NCBI GenBank assembly: GCA_963787465.1
Contig: CAWBDD010000021.1
Span: forward strand, 80,598-144,597
Direction of reading: 5' to 3'
From: an uncultured Thermoplasmata archaeon
GTDB taxonomy: Archaea; Thermoplasmatota; Thermoplasmata; UBA10834
DNA length: 64,000 bases
Position numbers and translations under genes: made by a program. Below the pieces are notes generated by a model. The model ran no database searches and had not been told where the DNA came from. It worked only from the letters and a program-made list of their open reading frames with translations. This document shows positions 20,057 to 29,227 of this stretch, piece after piece; position 1 is the stretch's first letter, and each line of letters starts with the position of its first letter.

Positions 20057-21317
20057 CCCTGTCCCCTCGGCGGCTCCCGATCTCTGTCAGCAGCCCTTCG
20101 ACGCCATCCACCTCAATGGCGCCCGAGGTAATCAAACCCTTGATGGCGGAATCGGCCTTCCCACCAGCGAAGTCCACGGTCCTCCCCGCGTCCGGCCGGA
20201 CGATGACCACCGTCTTGCCAGCCTCCAGGGCTTCCCCCGCGGCCTCGAGGTTCCTGAGATTGCCAGGGCCTACCGGGAACGGCGCGATCACGACCGCGAC
20301 GCACTCGGCGATGAGCCTCATGTTCTCACGATGCGCGGCCTCAGTTATGGGCGAGAACGGGGCGTCCACGGCCACCGGTATCCTGAGGTCCTGGGCGCTC
20401 TCCGAGTCAGAGTCCAGGACGTTGAGCACGCCCGCAGACACGCTGTATCCGGCATCTGAAAGAGTCTTCATTACCGGACCGCCGGCGCCGCCGCCGCAGA
20501 CGACGTGCACCCTCGTCCCGTGCTTGTGCAGCAGGGAGGGGACCGACCTCGGCATGACGTACACGACGTTCGTCAGAGGGTCCTTCCTGATTGCGACATC
20601 GACGCCGTAGACCGACAGCACCGTCTCGGCGGTGAGCACATCGGCCGGAGGGCCCACTGCCTCCACGGACCCATGGCTGAGCAGCACGATCCTGTCACAG
20701 TACCGCGCGGCGAGGTTCACGTCGTGGAGGACAGCCACGACCGTCATCCCCTTCTCCCTGTTTATCCTCTTGACTAGGTCCATGACCTCTATCTGCCCGC
20801 TGATGTCCAGATAGATCGTCGGCTCGTCGAGCAGGAGCGCCTGGGGTTCCTGGGCGATTGCGCGCGCGATTATGACCCTCTGCCTCTCCCCTCCGCTCAG
20901 CGCGCCGAAGATCCGTTTCGCGAACTGCGCCGTGTTCGTCATCTCCATCGCGCCCTGGACCTTGGCCAGGTCGTGCTTGGAGTACATCCCGAACCCGCCG
21001 CCGACGTGCGGTATCCTGCCCATCATGACTATGTCGAACGCGGTGAACGGGAAATCCGTCGACGAGGTCTGGGGGACGACGGCGAACAGCCGCGCGACCT
21101 CTTTTGGCGTCCAGGTACCGATCGGTTTCGAGTCCACGAGTATCTCCCCGGACTGGGGTCTCAGGAAGTTGGTGAGGCACCTCAACAGGGTCGTCTTGCC
21201 TGAACCGTTCGGGCCCATGATCCCGATGAACTCGCCCGGCTCGACGTCCAGGGACACCGACCTGAGGACCTTCCGGTCCCTGTACGCGAAGTCGAGGCCT
21301 TTGATCTGGAGTCTCAT
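20037..21317 (-). CDS. ABC transporter ATP-binding protein (FepC/BtuD/FhuC type) with an extra ~170-aa C-terminal domain
   Basis: Walker A GPNGSGKTTLL, signature LSGGERQRV and Walker B LLLDEPT are all present. The C-terminal extension VHVVCGGGAGGPVMKT... is not part of a canonical ABC ATPase. Confidence 0.85.
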   Translation of the reverse strand: MRLQIKGLDFAYRDRKVLRSVSLDVEPGEFIGIMGPNGSGKTTLLRCLTNFLRPQSGEILVDSKPIGTWTPKEVARLFAVVPQTSSTDFPFTAFDIVMMGRIPHVGGGFGMYSKHDLAKVQGAMEMTNTAQFAKRIFGALSGGERQRVIIARAIAQEPQALLLDEPTIYLDISGQIEVMDLVKRINREKGMTVVAVLHDVNLAARYCDRIVLLSHGSVEAVGPPADVLTAETVLSVYGVDVAIRKDPLTNVVYVMPRSVPSLLHKHGTRVHVVCGGGAGGPVMKTLSDAGYSVSAGVLNVLDSDSESAQDLRIPVAVDAPFSPITEAAHRENMRLIAECVAVVIAPFPVGPGNLRNLEAAGEALEAGKTVVIVRPDAGRTVDFAGGKADSAIKGLITSGAIEVDGVEGLLTEIGSRRGDRDENPTA

Positions 21318-22348
21318 CAGGTCTCACGCTCCCTGCTGCTCCTCCTCAGGAGATATAGGAAGAACGGGCCGCCGCAGAGGGCGGTGATTATCCCCACGGG
21401 GAGCTCCGTGGGAGCGAACACACTCCGCGCGATCGTGTCCGCCCATATGAGGAATATCGCGCCCGACAGGGCCGCGGCGGGCACCAGGAGCCTGTGGTTA
21501 GACCCGACCACCAGCCTGGTCATGTGCGGGACGATCAGGCCGACGAAACCAATCACTCCGCTGAAGGCGACCGCGGCCGCGGTGACCAGAGCGGCGACCC
21601 CGAGCACCTGCTTCTTCAGCGCCTCGGGGTTCGAGCCCAGGTTGTGCGCGGTCTCCTCGCCGAGCAAGAGAGCGTCGAGGTCCCTTCCGTACCTCACTAT
21701 GACTATGACGCCGATGACGACGGGGAAGAGGAGCACGAGGACCTTGTCCCAGCTGGCGAGCGACAAGCTACCCAGGAGCCAGAAGAGTATCTGATGATAC
21801 TCCTGCCTGGCGAAGTATATCAGGAACGAGACGAGGGCACCGAGGAAAGCGGCGACCGCCACCCCCGAGAGGAGGAGGGAGTCGACGTAGACCTTGCCCT
21901 TGAAGGACCCCAGGGTGTAAACGACGAAGACGGACGCGAGAGCCGTCACGAAGGCGAGCACCGGGGATGCGAACGCCCCGAGCACCACGGTCCACCCGAT
22001 GAGGCCCGCCGCAGCGGCGCCGAGGGCCGCGCCAGAGGAGACCCCGATGACGAACGGGTCGGCCATGGAGTTCCTGAAGACCGCCTGCATCGCGGTGCCC
22101 GCGCACGCGAGCGCCGCGCCCACGAGCGCAGCCATGAGTACGCGCGGGATCCTGACATCCCAGAACACCCACTGATAGGTGGAGTCGCCAAGGAGCGCGC
22201 TGAACGCCTCTGAGAAGGTCAGCTTCACCGGGTCACCCGGGCCGATGGGGCCCAGGCTGCCGATCATGAGGGCCAGAAACGCGGAGACCACGAGGACCGA
22301 GCCTAATACGACGAGCATCAGCGCGCGGTTCTCCCTGAGGGATGTCAT
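21317..22348 (-). CDS. ABC transporter permease, FecCD/BtuC family (iron-siderophore/cobalamin)
   Basis: 343 aa with ~9-10 TM segments. Its stop overlaps the ATPase start. Confidence 0.85.
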   Translation of the reverse strand: MTSLRENRALMLVVLGSVLVVSAFLALMIGSLGPIGPGDPVKLTFSEAFSALLGDSTYQWVFWDVRIPRVLMAALVGAALACAGTAMQAVFRNSMADPFVIGVSSGAALGAAAAGLIGWTVVLGAFASPVLAFVTALASVFVVYTLGSFKGKVYVDSLLLSGVAVAAFLGALVSFLIYFARQEYHQILFWLLGSLSLASWDKVLVLLFPVVIGVIVIVRYGRDLDALLLGEETAHNLGSNPEALKKQVLGVAALVTAAAVAFSGVIGFVGLIVPHMTRLVVGSNHRLLVPAAALSGAIFLIWADTIARSVFAPTELPVGIITALCGGPFFLYLLRRSSRERET

Positions 22349-22387
22349 CCGACCCTTGCCTCCGTATCCTGAGCTCTGATGATTGCC

Positions 22388-23386
22388 TCACGGGTACAGC
22401 TCGGGGTGTATCAGGGCGGCGAGCTGCTCCAGCCCGTCGACGATCCTCGGACCGTACCTGCTCATGAGATTGTCGTCTATGGAGTATATCGCCCCTTCCT
22501 GTACCGCGGTTATCTCGTCCCAGCCCTCCCTGCTCGAGATCTCGGTGGCGTTGGTGGTCGTCATGACGCCCACCGTGTAGATGATCACATCTGGGTCGGC
22601 TGCGATGATGAACTCGGAGGTCAGCTCCGGGTACTCGCTGCTGGCGTTCTGGGCGATGTTCACGGCGCCCGCAAGCCCGATCAGGTTGTCCCCGAAGGAA
22701 CCTGGTCCGTAGGTCCAGAGCGGGTAGTACTCTATGTAGACGTTGGGCGTGGACACACCGCTGGCTAGGGTGACATCCTTGACTGCCTCGACCCTCGCCT
22801 CGAGGGACTCTGCGAGTGCGTCTGCCTCGTGGACATGGCCCGTGATGAGCCCCGCGAGCCTGACGTCCTTGTAGATGTCCTCCACGGTCCGCGCGGCGAA
22901 GATGAAGTAGGGTATGCTCTGGTTGGCGATGAGGTCCAGCTGCTGCCTCGGGACCAGGTCGCTGCAGACGACGAGGTCCGGTTCGAGGCCCACGATTGCC
23001 TCGATGTTGAGAGTGAACGATCCCACGCTCGGGAGGTCGAGCGCCTCTGCGGGGTAGTCGCTGTAGTCGTCCCTTCCGATGACATGGTCGCCCGCTCCGA
23101 CCGCGAATATGAGCTCAGTCGGCGTCGGCGCGACCGAGACGATCCGCTCAGCCACGCCGTCAAGGACGACAGTCCGGTTGTAGTCGTCCTCGAGGGTCAT
23201 GCTGATGATGTTGCCCCATTCGTCCGTGACCACGATGGCCTTCGCGTCGGCATAGTCGTCCACTGGCGCCACCTCACCATCTGGCGCCACCAGGTAGCCT
23301 GCCACGAACGCGGTCACCGATGAGACCGCCACTGCTATCGCGATGATCACGAACATGTTCGTCCTCTTGCCATTGTCCGACTGCAT
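22388..23386 (-). CDS. ABC transporter substrate-binding protein (FecB/BtuF-like cluster A-2 SBP)
   Basis: N-terminal TM/lipobox-like anchor (MFVIIAIAVAVSSVTAFVAG), then a class III SBP fold. First gene of the importer operon. Confidence 0.75.
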   Translation of the reverse strand: MQSDNGKRTNMFVIIAIAVAVSSVTAFVAGYLVAPDGEVAPVDDYADAKAIVVTDEWGNIISMTLEDDYNRTVVLDGVAERIVSVAPTPTELIFAVGAGDHVIGRDDYSDYPAEALDLPSVGSFTLNIEAIVGLEPDLVVCSDLVPRQQLDLIANQSIPYFIFAARTVEDIYKDVRLAGLITGHVHEADALAESLEARVEAVKDVTLASGVSTPNVYIEYYPLWTYGPGSFGDNLIGLAGAVNIAQNASSEYPELTSEFIIAADPDVIIYTVGVMTTTNATEISSREGWDEITAVQEGAIYSIDDNLMSRYGPRIVDGLEQLAALIHPELYP

Positions 23387-23569
23387 CTGTCTGCCTCCAA
23401 TGTGCGATGCCCGACCGGGCGCGCGCTCGATTGGCGGCGACACGGTCTAAAGCTAACTTGACATAATGAAAGTATATTTTAAAGTTTCGCGAGCAGGCAC
23501 GGCGGCAGGGGGCCTGAACACACGAAGGTGAGAAATGCGGCAGAAAGGGTTTGGGAAGTCGATGTCAGG

Positions 23570-24910
23570 CTACTTCTTCACGACCTCTCTGAAGCTGGCC
23601 TCGAGGATGTCCATGGCCTGCTCGAGGGTCTCCTTCGGCATGAGCATGGACGGGTGCAGCCTTATGACGTTGTCGTAGGTGCCGCACGTGAGGAGGACCA
23701 GCCCCCTCTTCAGGGCAGCGACCTTGATCGCCTTGGTCTCGGCGGCGGCCGGCGTCTTCGCCTTCGGGTCGCTGACGAGCTCGACGGCCATCATCGCGCC
23801 CATGCCCCTCACGTCGCCGACGATCGGGAACGCCTTCTGTATCTCCTTCAGGCGCTTGGTCATGGTCGAATTGATGCCCGCGACGTTGGGAAGTGCCTTC
23901 CCGATGATCTCGAACTGCGCGAGTGCCGCGGCGCACCCTACAGGGTTGCCTCCGAATGTCCCGCCCAGACCGCCGATCTGCGGGGCATCCATGATCTCCG
24001 GCCTTCCCGTTGTGGCAGACACCGGGAACCCTCCGCCTATCCCCTTGCCGCTGACTAGCATGTCGGGCTCGACGCCAGGCCAGTGCTGCACGCACCACAT
24101 CTTGCCGGTCCTGCCGGCACCGGTCTGGATCTCGTCATCGACGTAGACCACGCCGTGCTTCTTGCAGATCTTGGTGATCTTGGCGTAGAACTCCTTCGGG
24201 GGGACGATGAACCCGCCCTCGCCGGCTATGGGCTCGCCGATGAGGCACGCGACCTTCCCCTGGAACTGCGGTGACGACCAGGTCTCGTCGATCTTGTCGG
24301 CGCACGCGATGCCACACGAGGGGTAGGTCATGCTGAGCGGGCACCTGTAGCAGTAGGCGAACTCGACCTTGTAGGTCTCGGGGAGCGGACCGAAGCCCGC
24401 CTTGTACGGCATCTCCTTCGAGGTGAGGGCCATGGCCATCATCGTCCGCCCGTGGAACGAGTGGACGAACGAGAAGGCCGCGGGCCTCTTCGTGGACTGC
24501 CTCGATATCTTCACCGAGTTCTCCACGGCCTCGGCACCTGAATTGTACAGGACGGACTTCGAGAGCCCGCCGTGCGGCGCCACCTTCGCGAGCTTCTCGG
24601 CAAGGCGGACGTAGCCCTCGTAGGGCGTGACCTGGAAGCACGTGTGGATGAACTTCTCGGCCTGTGACTTGACGGCGTCCACGACCTCCTTCGGGCAGTG
24701 GCCGACGTTCGTCACGCCAATCCCGCTGCCCATGTCTATCAGGTCGTTGCCGTCGACGTCCGTGAGGATGGACCCCTCCGCCCTCTCGATGAAGATAGGG
24801 GCGGATATCCCGACGGACTTCGAGATGTACTTCTCCCTCAACCCCATGAGTTCCTTCGACTTCGGTCCGGGGACCTCCGCGGTCCTTATTGAAGCTTTTT
24901 TCGTTGTCAT
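23570..24910 (-). CDS. Class III PLP-dependent aminotransferase (4-aminobutyrate/ornithine aminotransferase-like)
   Basis: 446 aa. The PLP-lysine region is VSGKGIGGGFPVSA and the Gly-rich PLP-binding region is NSGAEAVENSVKI. Confidence 0.8.
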   Translation of the reverse strand: MTTKKASIRTAEVPGPKSKELMGLREKYISKSVGISAPIFIERAEGSILTDVDGNDLIDMGSGIGVTNVGHCPKEVVDAVKSQAEKFIHTCFQVTPYEGYVRLAEKLAKVAPHGGLSKSVLYNSGAEAVENSVKISRQSTKRPAAFSFVHSFHGRTMMAMALTSKEMPYKAGFGPLPETYKVEFAYCYRCPLSMTYPSCGIACADKIDETWSSPQFQGKVACLIGEPIAGEGGFIVPPKEFYAKITKICKKHGVVYVDDEIQTGAGRTGKMWCVQHWPGVEPDMLVSGKGIGGGFPVSATTGRPEIMDAPQIGGLGGTFGGNPVGCAAALAQFEIIGKALPNVAGINSTMTKRLKEIQKAFPIVGDVRGMGAMMAVELVSDPKAKTPAAAETKAIKVAALKRGLVLLTCGTYDNVIRLHPSMLMPKETLEQAMDILEASFREVVKK

Positions 24911-24987
24911 GGACGCACCTCGAATCTTGTGCGATGTCTAACGGGTTAATTCGTGCATGGTTGAAAACGTAGATATTACTTTAGGAT

Positions 24988-26203
24988 TTACTTTTTAAGA
25001 CCGTCGGGGGCGGCCTGCGGCCCCGCCCTCTCGGCCTTCCTCGCGTTCCAGCTCTCCCATACGCGCAACGACAGGAAGAGTGCAGGGACGACGAACGGGG
25101 CGAGTGTGCTCTTGACCGACACGGCCAGGAAGGCCAGCGATACCAGCAGGACCCGGTCGTTGATGCTCTTCAACCTCAGCCCTAGCAGCAGGGTGACGCC
25201 TATCGCGGCGATGCTTATCGCGGAGTAGTACGGGCTGTCTGGCATCAGCTCGCTCAGCAGCGTCCCCCCCATGGGCCGGTCCTCCCTGGTCTCGCCGCTC
25301 GAGTAGATGAACACGGTCGAATCCAGCACGTCGGAGACGCCGAACGGTGCCAGAAGAAGCAGTGCCAGAGCACCACACGCCATCGCCGCCCCGATGGTCC
25401 TCATGACTGCCCTCACGTCCCTCGCCCTGACCCGGTCCTGGAGATCGAACAGCAGCACGACAGCGAGAGGGATCGCGGCGAATATCTTCGTGAGGGTGGC
25501 GAGCCCGAGGATCACGACCGACAGCTCCTTAGGCATCACCCGTGACCTGTCACGGACGTGGAGCGCGCATACCATCAGCAGGAGGGTCAATGCGGAGTTG
25601 TCGAACGAGAGGAACAGGATCACCATGCCCGCCACGGGGGCGAACACGGTCCACTCCGAGCGGAACCTGAGGTTGAGGACGTACATCGCCCCCGCCGCGA
25701 GGACGACGTTGACGAGGACGAACCACAAGGGGGAGCCAAGGTCTCCCAGGACGCCGTAGCACGACGAATAGAAGAGGAGGTCGAGCGGGAGGTAGTTGTA
25801 CGGGCCGAACGCCCACACCACGTCACCTTCGAGCGACTCGCCTATGAGGACGAAGTGGCCCATCTCCGCGAACCGTGGCACGACCGCCTGTGAGTACGGG
25901 TTGGTGCCGTTCAGGAAGCTGTCCGCGGCCGCCTCGACGGCGTCGTCGACGTCGTGGCTCCTCTCGATGTAGTCGTACCCGTTGACATAGACCGCGGCCA
26001 CCAGCAGGAAGCATGCCCACAGCAGGGCGATGAGCAGCTTCCTGTTGGGCCTCCTCCTGAAGAGTCGGGAGAAGCTGCCGACGTACCTGGCATCGACCAG
26101 CCAGATGAGAGCTATGACTACGATCAGGATGTTGTACAGCCAATCGAACAGGCGTGCGCCCCCCCAGGGCCCTCGACGTCCGGGAAGGCACGTAGGGGTA
26201 CAA
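24988..26203 (-). CDS. Polytopic integral membrane protein (possible glycosyltransferase-like/DUF). The N-terminal segment is only in frame with a start codon if a -1 correction is made at a C7 homopolymer.
   Basis: There are ~9 TM helices downstream of the GTG at 26001. Upstream in the same frame is clearly protein-like TM sequence (GARLFDWLYNILIVVIALIWLVDARYVGSFSRLFRRRPNRKLL) with no canonical start. The only start (TTG 26203 or GTG) is in the adjacent frame, across the ccccccc run at 26156-26162. Confidence 0.5.
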
Positions 26204-26225
26204 AGCGTGTGCGATGCCCGGGACC

Positions 26226-27002
26226 TCAGTAGTATCCTGCGACTTCCTGCGTCTGCTGACCCCGGCTCTTCTTCTCGGTGTCCTTGTGCAGGACCTTCAG
26301 CTGCGCCTCGAGCCTCTCGGCCTCCTTGCAGAGCGGTTCCACGTTCAGGTTCATGTGGAGGACCATCTGATCGATGGCTGCGAGTATCAGCGCCGCCGCG
26401 CGCGCGTCGGCCATGTCCGGCCTGGCCTCGGCGAGCAGGGTGATGACATCGACGCCGCGCCTCTTGCCCTCGTTCAGCAGGACCCCGGCTGTCCCGGAGA
26501 TCACGCCTTCTACGAACGGCTCGGCGTCAGCCTGCTTGAGCAGCTCCTGAGCGGAGTCGGTGCTGCCGATGCCGTAGACCGCGATCTCGGAGGCCTCGTC
26601 CGGCTCGTCCCCGTCCTCGCCGTGCTCCACGACCAGCCCGCCCGCGGAGATCACGAGCTTGCACTTCTGGGCCTGCGCGAAGTCGATTATCGCCGTCCCG
26701 AGAGGTCTCAGGAGGTTCGCCTGAGGCTGGAGCTCGGTGGAGAACACGACGATCTGCTGGTCGCCCTCCCTCAGGAACGGGCGCGCGTACACGCGCGCGG
26801 GTCCCAGAGGTTCACCGTCTCGGATCAGCGAGATGGTGGGGAACAGGTCGGAGTCCATGGCGGCGATGTACTCCATCTTCAGAAGAGCGATCAGGTAGTT
26901 GGCGACGATGGAGCTGACGAGCCCCACACTCGGGAAACCATCGATTATGACTGCGTTCCTGAGGTCCATGCGCCTGAGCTCGAATATCTCTATGTCGCCC
27001 AT
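26226..27002 (-). CDS. Proteasome assembly chaperone family protein (PAC2/PbaA-B-like)
   Basis: 258 aa. N-terminal LRNAVIIDGFPSVGLVSSIVANYLI matches the PAC2-family pattern, and the C-terminal tail is acidic. Confidence 0.65.
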   Translation of the reverse strand: MGDIEIFELRRMDLRNAVIIDGFPSVGLVSSIVANYLIALLKMEYIAAMDSDLFPTISLIRDGEPLGPARVYARPFLREGDQQIVVFSTELQPQANLLRPLGTAIIDFAQAQKCKLVISAGGLVVEHGEDGDEPDEASEIAVYGIGSTDSAQELLKQADAEPFVEGVISGTAGVLLNEGKRRGVDVITLLAEARPDMADARAAALILAAIDQMVLHMNLNVEPLCKEAERLEAQLKVLHKDTEKKSRGQQTQEVAGYY

Positions 27003-27096
27003 GCGAAAACTGGGAGAGCTATACGGGGTGTTTATACTTAGCCCTCAGGGCACCGGGCCCGGACAGCGGAGCCGCGGACCGGGTCTAGCATATGTT

Positions 27097-27102
27097 TTAT
27101 AC
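27097..27102 (+). promoter_or_regulatory. Archaeal TATA box (TTTATA) ~30 nt upstream of tRNA-Arg
   Basis: TTTATA is at the canonical -26 to -30 spacing from the tRNA 5' end. Confidence 0.45.
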
Positions 27103-27131
27103 AGACGGGCATTATGCCTATTGTGCCAGGT

Positions 27132-27251
27132 GGGCCGGTGGCTTAGACCGGATATAGCACTGGCCTTCTAAGGGCCCGAAGGGCCCGAAGGTAGCCAGTG
27201 GTCTCGGGTTCGAAAGGTGCCCGTGTGCGCCCGGAACTCCCGACCGGCCCG
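27132..27251 (+). tRNA. tRNA-Arg(TCT) with two predicted introns: a canonical 37/38 intron of ~22 nt and a second ~23-nt insertion between the T-loop and the 3' T-stem
   Basis: Acceptor GGGCCGG/CCGGCCC+G. D-arm GCTT..G18G19..AAGC. Anticodon stem CTGGC/GCCAG with loop CTTCTAA (anticodon TCT). T-arm TCGGG-TTCGAAA...CCCGA. Confidence 0.55.
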
Positions 27252-27319
27252 CTAGGCCCATCAAAAGGCATATTAAAAGGAAGCGATATGGGCCAAAGCG
27301 GCTCAAGGGAGTCTGACTC

Positions 27320-27427
27320 ATGAAGCGAAGCTCAAGGGCCTGGAAGAAGAAGGGCAAGCAGCGCTGGAAATGGCGCAAGAAGAAGATGCGCAGAAGAAAG
27401 AGGGCCCAGAAGCTACGAAAGAAGTAG
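27320..27427 (+). CDS. rpl41e: Ribosomal protein L41e
   Basis: 35-aa ORF MKRSSRAWKKKGKQRWKWRKKKMRRRKRAQKLRKK. It is extremely basic, typical of L41e, and is missed by the >=60 aa ORF track. An A/T-rich TATA-like CATATTAAAA lies ~45 nt upstream. Confidence 0.7.
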   Translation: MKRSSRAWKKKGKQRWKWRKKKMRRRKRAQKLRKK

Positions 27428-27451
27428 GCTCCCCATAATCAAACCACTTGT

Positions 27452-27626
27452 GGGGGTATGGGGTAACCTGGTATCCTTACGGGCTCCAGTTATGGGAATG
27501 ATTAGCGTTGGGTTAGCTGACCAGTGATGAGTAACTGGAGCGATGACCCATAGTCCGTAGAACGGGCGGAGTCGCTCTCCGCCTGGTGGAAACCCGTTGA
27601 TGGGGGTTCAAATCCCTCTGCCCCCA
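27452..27626 (+). tRNA. tRNA-Trp(CCA) with a 102-nt canonical (37/38) intron
   Basis: Acceptor GGGGGTA/TGCCCCC+A. D-arm GGGT-AACCTGGT-ATCC. Anticodon stem ACGGG/CCCGT with loop CTCCAG|intron|A. T-arm GGGGG-TTCAAAT-CCCTC. Confidence 0.7.
27490..27591 (+). ncRNA. Box C/D sRNA-like element embedded in the tRNA-Trp intron. Its guide is complementary to the tRNA's own anticodon loop, predicting Cm34 formation.
   Basis: A C-like AATGATTA box, a D' CTGA box and a perfect C' GTGATGA box are present. The guide GTAACTGGAGC is the reverse complement of GCTCCAGTTAC, spanning C34-C35-A36. The nucleotide 5 nt upstream of the terminal (A/C)TGA box pairs with C34. Confidence 0.5.
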
Positions 27627-27745
27627 CTCCTAGGCATAGCCATTGCGGCCCTCTGCCCGGAGAACCCAAATCTGAGCTACATGTGGTGCTGGCTCAGTTT
27701 ACACAGGGACACATTGAATCTCTGTAGCGACCAATTGTCAGGATT

Positions 27746-28174
27746 TCATTGCGAGCGCCGTGGCCTCCCGACCTTCTCGTTGCGTACGAGCATGACCGAA
27801 GGCGAGACTCGCGGTATCGCGGACAGCACGCCGAGGGCGCATGCCGCGACTGCGAGATAGAACCCCAATCCCAACGACAGATGATTGATGGAATCGGGCC
27901 CTGAGTAAATGCCCAGACTCCCCCACGAGATATCGATGAACAATGTCAGTCCTACGGTCAGTGGCACGACTGCCAGAAAGGTGAACAGGACCGCGAACGA
28001 GCCGATGACAAGCATCCAGACCATCGTTGAATACTCGAGACCTGAATTGAAGAAGCTGTCCAGCAGGCCGATCTCTCTCACATACGTGAACTCGCCGGTG
28101 AAGTCCCAAGCCGACGCTCGCGAATAGATCAGCCATGGAAGGTACAGAGAAGCCAGGCCAACCGCACAAGCCAT
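27746..28174 (-). CDS. Integral membrane protein (4 TM). The N-terminal region is paralogous to the N-terminus of 29228-30442.
   Basis: MACAVGLASLYLPWLIYSRASAWDFTGEF... compared with ...GLASLLLPWQWTAEGFSSTDWSV... A hydrophobic protein-like frame. Confidence 0.5.
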   Translation of the reverse strand: MACAVGLASLYLPWLIYSRASAWDFTGEFTYVREIGLLDSFFNSGLEYSTMVWMLVIGSFAVLFTFLAVVPLTVGLTLFIDISWGSLGIYSGPDSINHLSLGLGFYLAVAACALGVLSAIPRVSPSVMLVRNEKVGRPRRSQ

Positions 28175-28462
28175 CGTCGATAGAGGGGATATCCTGACCA
28201 ACAGGTCACGTACTCCGTGCGGAGGGATCCCGAACCTCAATCGCAGACCGTGGTTCACCTTGACCACCCAGTTCTCACTGGTTGGTGCGATGAATCCACG
28301 CGCTATATATCCCCGTCGTCGGCCCTACTTCCCCTCCGCCTTCTCCCTCTGCATCGGCCCCGGCCGCATCATCTCGATCTTGTTCGGCGGGTTCTCCGGA
28401 AGACAATCCCTGGAAAGTGCTATAGGGAGGCACAATAGTCAGGTGATTGAGGGGGGAACGGC

Positions 28463-29065
28463 TTGGGAATCCCGGACATCACTGTCCACGGGCAGGAAGG
28501 AGCAGCGGGCGGCGACGCGCCGTCCGAGAACACGACCGGAACGGAAGGGCGGAACCGCACTCAATCGCTGGCGACATATGCGGCGGTCATCGCCCTCGGA
28601 CTGCTTCTGGCGGGCATCGCGCTGCATGTCATCTACACCCAGATGTACATCGACTTCTTCCGAGATGACCACGATTCCGGGGGAATCGAATCGGCGTTCC
28701 AGGTCGCCAAGGCGTCCATGTACGCGGAGATGTTCGGGGACTTGGCCGCAATCCTGGCGTTGGTGCTGCTGGCCCATGGGGAGCTCGGATGGCTGAGGAG
28801 CGGCGTCGGGCTCGTGGTCCCCAGCAAGGTCAACCCCGTTACAGTCGTTAGGCTGCTCCTTCTGGCGCTCGTGCTCTCCATCGTCTCGGCCGCCTTGTCT
28901 GTGACCGTGTATGAGTCGGACATTGACTGGGGGATCGAGACCAGCATGTGGTTCTCCGCCTTGATTGCCGTGCTGAGAAGCAGCATTTGGGTGGTGGGGA
29001 CCATCGTCCTCCTGATAGTGACGAACGGGCTGCGCAGGGGAGGAACCATCCTTCGTCGGACTTGA
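28463..29065 (+). CDS. Integral membrane protein (4-5 TM), hypothetical
   Basis: 200 aa with TM helices of good hydropathy. The antisense ORF is junk. Confidence 0.5.
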   Translation: MGIPDITVHGQEGAAGGDAPSENTTGTEGRNRTQSLATYAAVIALGLLLAGIALHVIYTQMYIDFFRDDHDSGGIESAFQVAKASMYAEMFGDLAAILALVLLAHGELGWLRSGVGLVVPSKVNPVTVVRLLLLALVLSIVSAALSVTVYESDIDWGIETSMWFSALIAVLRSSIWVVGTIVLLIVTNGLRRGGTILRRT

Positions 29066-29227
29066 CGGACTGAACGACGGAATGACTCGGGGCGACTGGG
29101 GAGACATGTCCATTCCCGAGAATCCATCGATGACGGGTGCGAAAGGGCGATATAGCGCAGGCGAGGTCGTTTGGTCGGGTGTTCGGGCTTGGACGGAGAC
29201 GTTCCGACGGGGCGCACGGATCGGAGA

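Noticed and set aside
27118-27378. 86-aa minus-strand ORF
   Set aside because: It overlaps tRNA-Arg and rpl41e and is an artefact.
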